Below are positions 53,307-55,979 of a stretch of DNA of 55,979 nt, one piece after another; the first letter of the stretch is position 1; each line of letters begins with the position of its first letter. Source of the DNA: a virus. Taxonomy: Duplodnaviria > Caudoviricetes. The translations under genes and the position numbers were made by a program. The stretch is from positions 1 through 55,979 of the IMG/VR virus record IMGVR_UViG_3300032421_000002; one strand, 5' to 3'. Below the pieces are notes generated by a model, which saw only the letters and a list, made by a program, of their open reading frames with translations, did not search any database and was not told the origin of the DNA.

Positions 53307-53734
53307 TGAGCATTTTCTCGAATCTCGGCAGTGTCGCAGGAGCCCCAAAGGCGCCCGCCAACACGCCCAGCGGCATGACGGGCAGCGCGAACGACATGTA
53401 TGCCGCGCTGACGCGGCAGCAGTGGGCAACCTACGTGAGCACGTTCGTGCCGATCGAGAATCAACTCATCAAGTACGCCACCGACACAACGCTTCCGGGG
53501 CAGGAAATGCAGAAGGCGAGCGCCGACGTGAACGCCGCGTATACGCAGCAGGCTGGCGCGACGGCGCGCCGGTTGCGCGGGCTCGGCGTCACGCTCTCGC
53601 CCGAAGAGCAGGCCGCGCAGGCGAAGCAATACGGGCTGAGCAAGAGTCTCGCCGATGTGCAGGCACAGAACGTCGCCGGCGACCTGACGCGACAACGCCA
53701 GCAATCGATTCTCGGCAACCCGGCGCCGACGTGA
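53303..53734 (+). CDS. Putative ejection protein
   Basis: Ala/Gln-rich; coupled to the upstream gene. Confidence 0.7.
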   Translation: MMSIFSNLGSVAGAPKAPANTPSGMTGSANDMYAALTRQQWATYVSTFVPIENQLIKYATDTTLPGQEMQKASADVNAAYTQQAGATARRLRGLGVTLSPEEQAAQAKQYGLSKSLADVQAQNVAGDLTRQRQQSILGNPAPT

Positions 53735-53744
53735 AGGAGCAGAC

Positions 53745-54038
53745 ATGATCGGACAAGGTTACGGTGTCGGCGCTTCCCTCAACAGCCTCGGGCGCAATGC
53801 GGGCGGCGGGCTGGCGGGCGCGGCCGAAGCCCGCGAGCAGCAAGGCATGCAGATGCTGGGCGATGTCGCGGCGCAAGAAACGCAGCGCAACATCGCCAAC
53901 ACGCAAGCCCGCGCCCAGGCCAAGGCCGGCAACATGCAGTTGGGCGCGACCCTGGGCGCGGCCATCGGCTCGGTGGTTCCGGGCGTCGGAACGCTGATCG
54001 GCGGGGTCTTGGGCGGCCTCGCCGGCGGCCTTTTCTGA
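53745..54038 (+). CDS. Putative ejection protein with a glycine-zipper C-terminus
   Basis: AAGGAG SD; 'GATLGAAIGSVVPGVGTLIGGVLGGLAGGLF'. Confidence 0.75.
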   Translation: MIGQGYGVGASLNSLGRNAGGGLAGAAEAREQQGMQMLGDVAAQETQRNIANTQARAQAKAGNMQLGATLGAAIGSVVPGVGTLIGGVLGGLAGGLF

Positions 54039-54048
54039 GGACAAAGAC

Positions 54049-55979
54049 ATGGCTTACGGCCTAGGTGGAGCGATCGCGCAAGGGCTTGAGTCCGGCTTCC
54101 AGATGGGCCGGCAAGTCGACGCTGACCGCGCTGCGAAGGAACAACGCGCGTTCGAGAACGCGCGGCAGACCGCAGCCGACGCGCGGGCGCAGCAGGCCGC
54201 CGACATGCTGCAAACGCACAACGCTCTCGCCGCGAGCAAGGAACGGCTCGGCATGCTCGCGACCGAGGGCGCGGGGCTCGCGCAGCAGTATGGCGGCGAC
54301 GTGTCGAAGATCCCGGTCGACGTGCAGACCGAGTACGCGGGGCGCGCGGCCGCCGCGCGGCGCGGGCACGAGGAACTGCTGAACAAGCTCGCGCCGGTGG
54401 CGCAAGACTGGCGCCAGTCTGCGCAGGATGACGCCTCGAAAATGTCGACGGGCCAGCTCGACCCGCTCGACCCGAAATACCCGCCCGCGCAGCTGGTGCA
54501 TACGCTCACGGCCACGGCGCGCCGGCCGCTGCAAGACTTCATGCCGCAAGGCGACCGGCCCGCGCCCGTCACGCAGATGGTCAACGACTTCCGCACGGGA
54601 CTCCAGACCGGCAACGAAGGGATGACGCTCAAGGCGTTGAATGGTCTCTTCGCGCCCGAGCTGAAGACGGGTGTCGGCCAACCTAGCCCGCACGGCGGGG
54701 TCATCGTCGGCAAGCAGGTGGTGAAGCTGCTGCCGGCGCCGAGCGACCCGAACAACCCCAACGATCCGAACGCCGGCAAGGTCACGCCAGTGCTGCGCGT
54801 GTTCGTGCGCGAAGGCCCGAGCTCTGATGCCGGGGTCGCCGAAACGCGGCAGATGGCGAACATCGAGCAGCAACGTTACGGGGCGCCGCCGGGCGCGACC
54901 GGGCACTACGACGCGCCGGTGACGCAGAATCGCTCAACGGACCCGAACGACCCGATCGCGCACATCAGCATGGAAGACGCGATGAACCGTATCGGCCAGA
55001 TGGAAACGCTGGTCTCGGGGCTGAGTGATCCCGCGCTGCGCGCCAAGGTCGATCAAGGGCTCAAGGACGCCGGCACAGCGCCGGATGCGTTCCTGCAAGC
55101 CCTGTACTCGATCGGCGGAAAGATGCCGACGAAACAGGAGACCTACGAAAACGTGCCGATCGGCACACACGGCACGGTGCGGATCACGAAGAATGCCCAG
55201 GGCAAAGAGATCGGTCGCGAGGTGCTCGCGCCCACGGCAGGCACCGGCACGGGGCTTGGGCCGCTCGGGAAGAAACTCGCCGACATCGACGCGTCGGACC
55301 TGACCGACGCCGAGAAGGACAAGGCCAAGCGCGTCGCGGCCGGGCTCGTGAAGGTCAAGGCCGGCGGCGCCGGGGGTGGCGGCGCTGGCGCAGGCGGCGC
55401 GCCGGCGGGTGGGCTCGACCCGAAGACGGTCGACTTCTACGCCACCCAGTCGATCGCAGGCGACAACTCCTGGCAGGTCGGGCTCGCGCGCGGCAAGGTC
55501 GGGCAGCAGCTCATCGCCGCGGTAAAAGACCGCATCCCGGCCATGGCCGCCGATCTCGGGCTGTCGCCGCAGGACGTGGGCACGAACAAGGCGCAGAATG
55601 CCGCGCTCGCGAAGACCCTGGCCGATCGCCAGAAGTACGTGACTTCCGTCGAGCAACTGACCGGCACGCTCACGCGGCAGGGCGACCTTGTGAAGTCGCT
55701 GCTTGCGAAGGGCGGCGCCACGGAGGGCGGCCCGCTGTTCAACAAGCCGTTGAACGCGCTCAAGACCGTGCTCGGGGATTCCGACTTCGCGCAGCTGCAA
55801 GCCTCACTGATCGGGCTCGCGCGCGAGCACCAGCGTGTGCTCACTTCGCCGTTGTCGAATGCCCAGCTGCACGCGTCGGCGCAGGAGACCGGCGACAAGC
55901 TGATCAACGCCAACATGCCGCCGAAGACGATCGTCGACATCATCGACAACGTCATGAAGAAAGAGGCCCAGAACGGGCT
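54049..55979 (+). CDS. Putative ejection protein (runs off the end and continues at 1-975); not in the ORF track
   Basis: GAGG SD, ATG at 54049 (MAYGLGGAIAQGLESGF...); frame open to the window end. Confidence 0.8.
   Translation, partial: MAYGLGGAIAQGLESGFQMGRQVDADRAAKEQRAFENARQTAADARAQQAADMLQTHNALAASKERLGMLATEGAGLAQQYGGDVSKIPVDVQTEYAGRAAAARRGHEELLNKLAPVAQDWRQSAQDDASKMSTGQLDPLDPKYPPAQLVHTLTATARRPLQDFMPQGDRPAPVTQMVNDFRTGLQTGNEGMTLKALNGLFAPELKTGVGQPSPHGGVIVGKQVVKLLPAPSDPNNPNDPNAGKVTPVLRVFVREGPSSDAGVAETRQMANIEQQRYGAPPGATGHYDAPVTQNRSTDPNDPIAHISMEDAMNRIGQMETLVSGLSDPALRAKVDQGLKDAGTAPDAFLQALYSIGGKMPTKQETYENVPIGTHGTVRITKNAQGKEIGREVLAPTAGTGTGLGPLGKKLADIDASDLTDAEKDKAKRVAAGLVKVKAGGAGGGGAGAGGAPAGGLDPKTVDFYATQSIAGDNSWQVGLARGKVGQQLIAAVKDRIPAMAADLGLSPQDVGTNKAQNAALAKTLADRQKYVTSVEQLTGTLTRQGDLVKSLLAKGGATEGGPLFNKPLNALKTVLGDSDFAQLQASLIGLAREHQRVLTSPLSNAQLHASAQETGDKLINANMPPKTIVDIIDNVMKKEAQNG
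55132..55979. repeat. Terminal direct repeat, right copy
   Basis: About 96% identical to 1-848. Confidence 0.95.

Noticed and set aside
1-55979. Alternative genetic code or stop-codon reassignment
   Set aside because: Genes are full length and densely coupled under the standard bacterial code; TAG, TGA and TAA all occur as genuine stops.

Overview
The window is an essentially complete, GC-rich, podovirus-type (P22/BPP-1/T7-like morphogenesis) dsDNA phage genome with a unit length of about 55,131 bp. It is circularly permuted: 1-848 is repeated, imperfectly, at 55132-55979. The Rz/Rz1 spanins indicate a Gram-negative host; a Betaproteobacterium is my inference only. Modules: (1) ejection proteins, including a 1471-aa polyvalent protein with a GNAT domain; (2) a lysis cassette with four membrane proteins, a GH19 endolysin and embedded spanins; (3) a long leftward operon with a Cas4-like nuclease, the Acb2 anti-CBASS sponge, SSB, PolA, HNH, VRR-NUC, SNF2 helicase and dATP/dGTP diphosphohydrolase, ending in a cluster of five glycosyltransferase-like genes, two SAM methyltransferases and a zincin; (4) a Cro-like regulator, accessory genes, a primase-SF3 helicase and a probable origin; (5) small early genes; (6) terminase, portal, a 6xPKD plus lyase-like protein, scaffold, a major capsid protein with a signal-peptide-like leader, and tail/lectin proteins. 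I found no integrase, tRNA, CRISPR array or reverse transcriptase. The strongest candidate for an undescribed system is the phage-encoded glycan-building and methylating cluster. Also notable are several structured non-coding RNAs, a repeated AGC-N3-TGCTA operator and several apparently leaderless promoters. All family calls come from motif recognition by eye; no searches were run.
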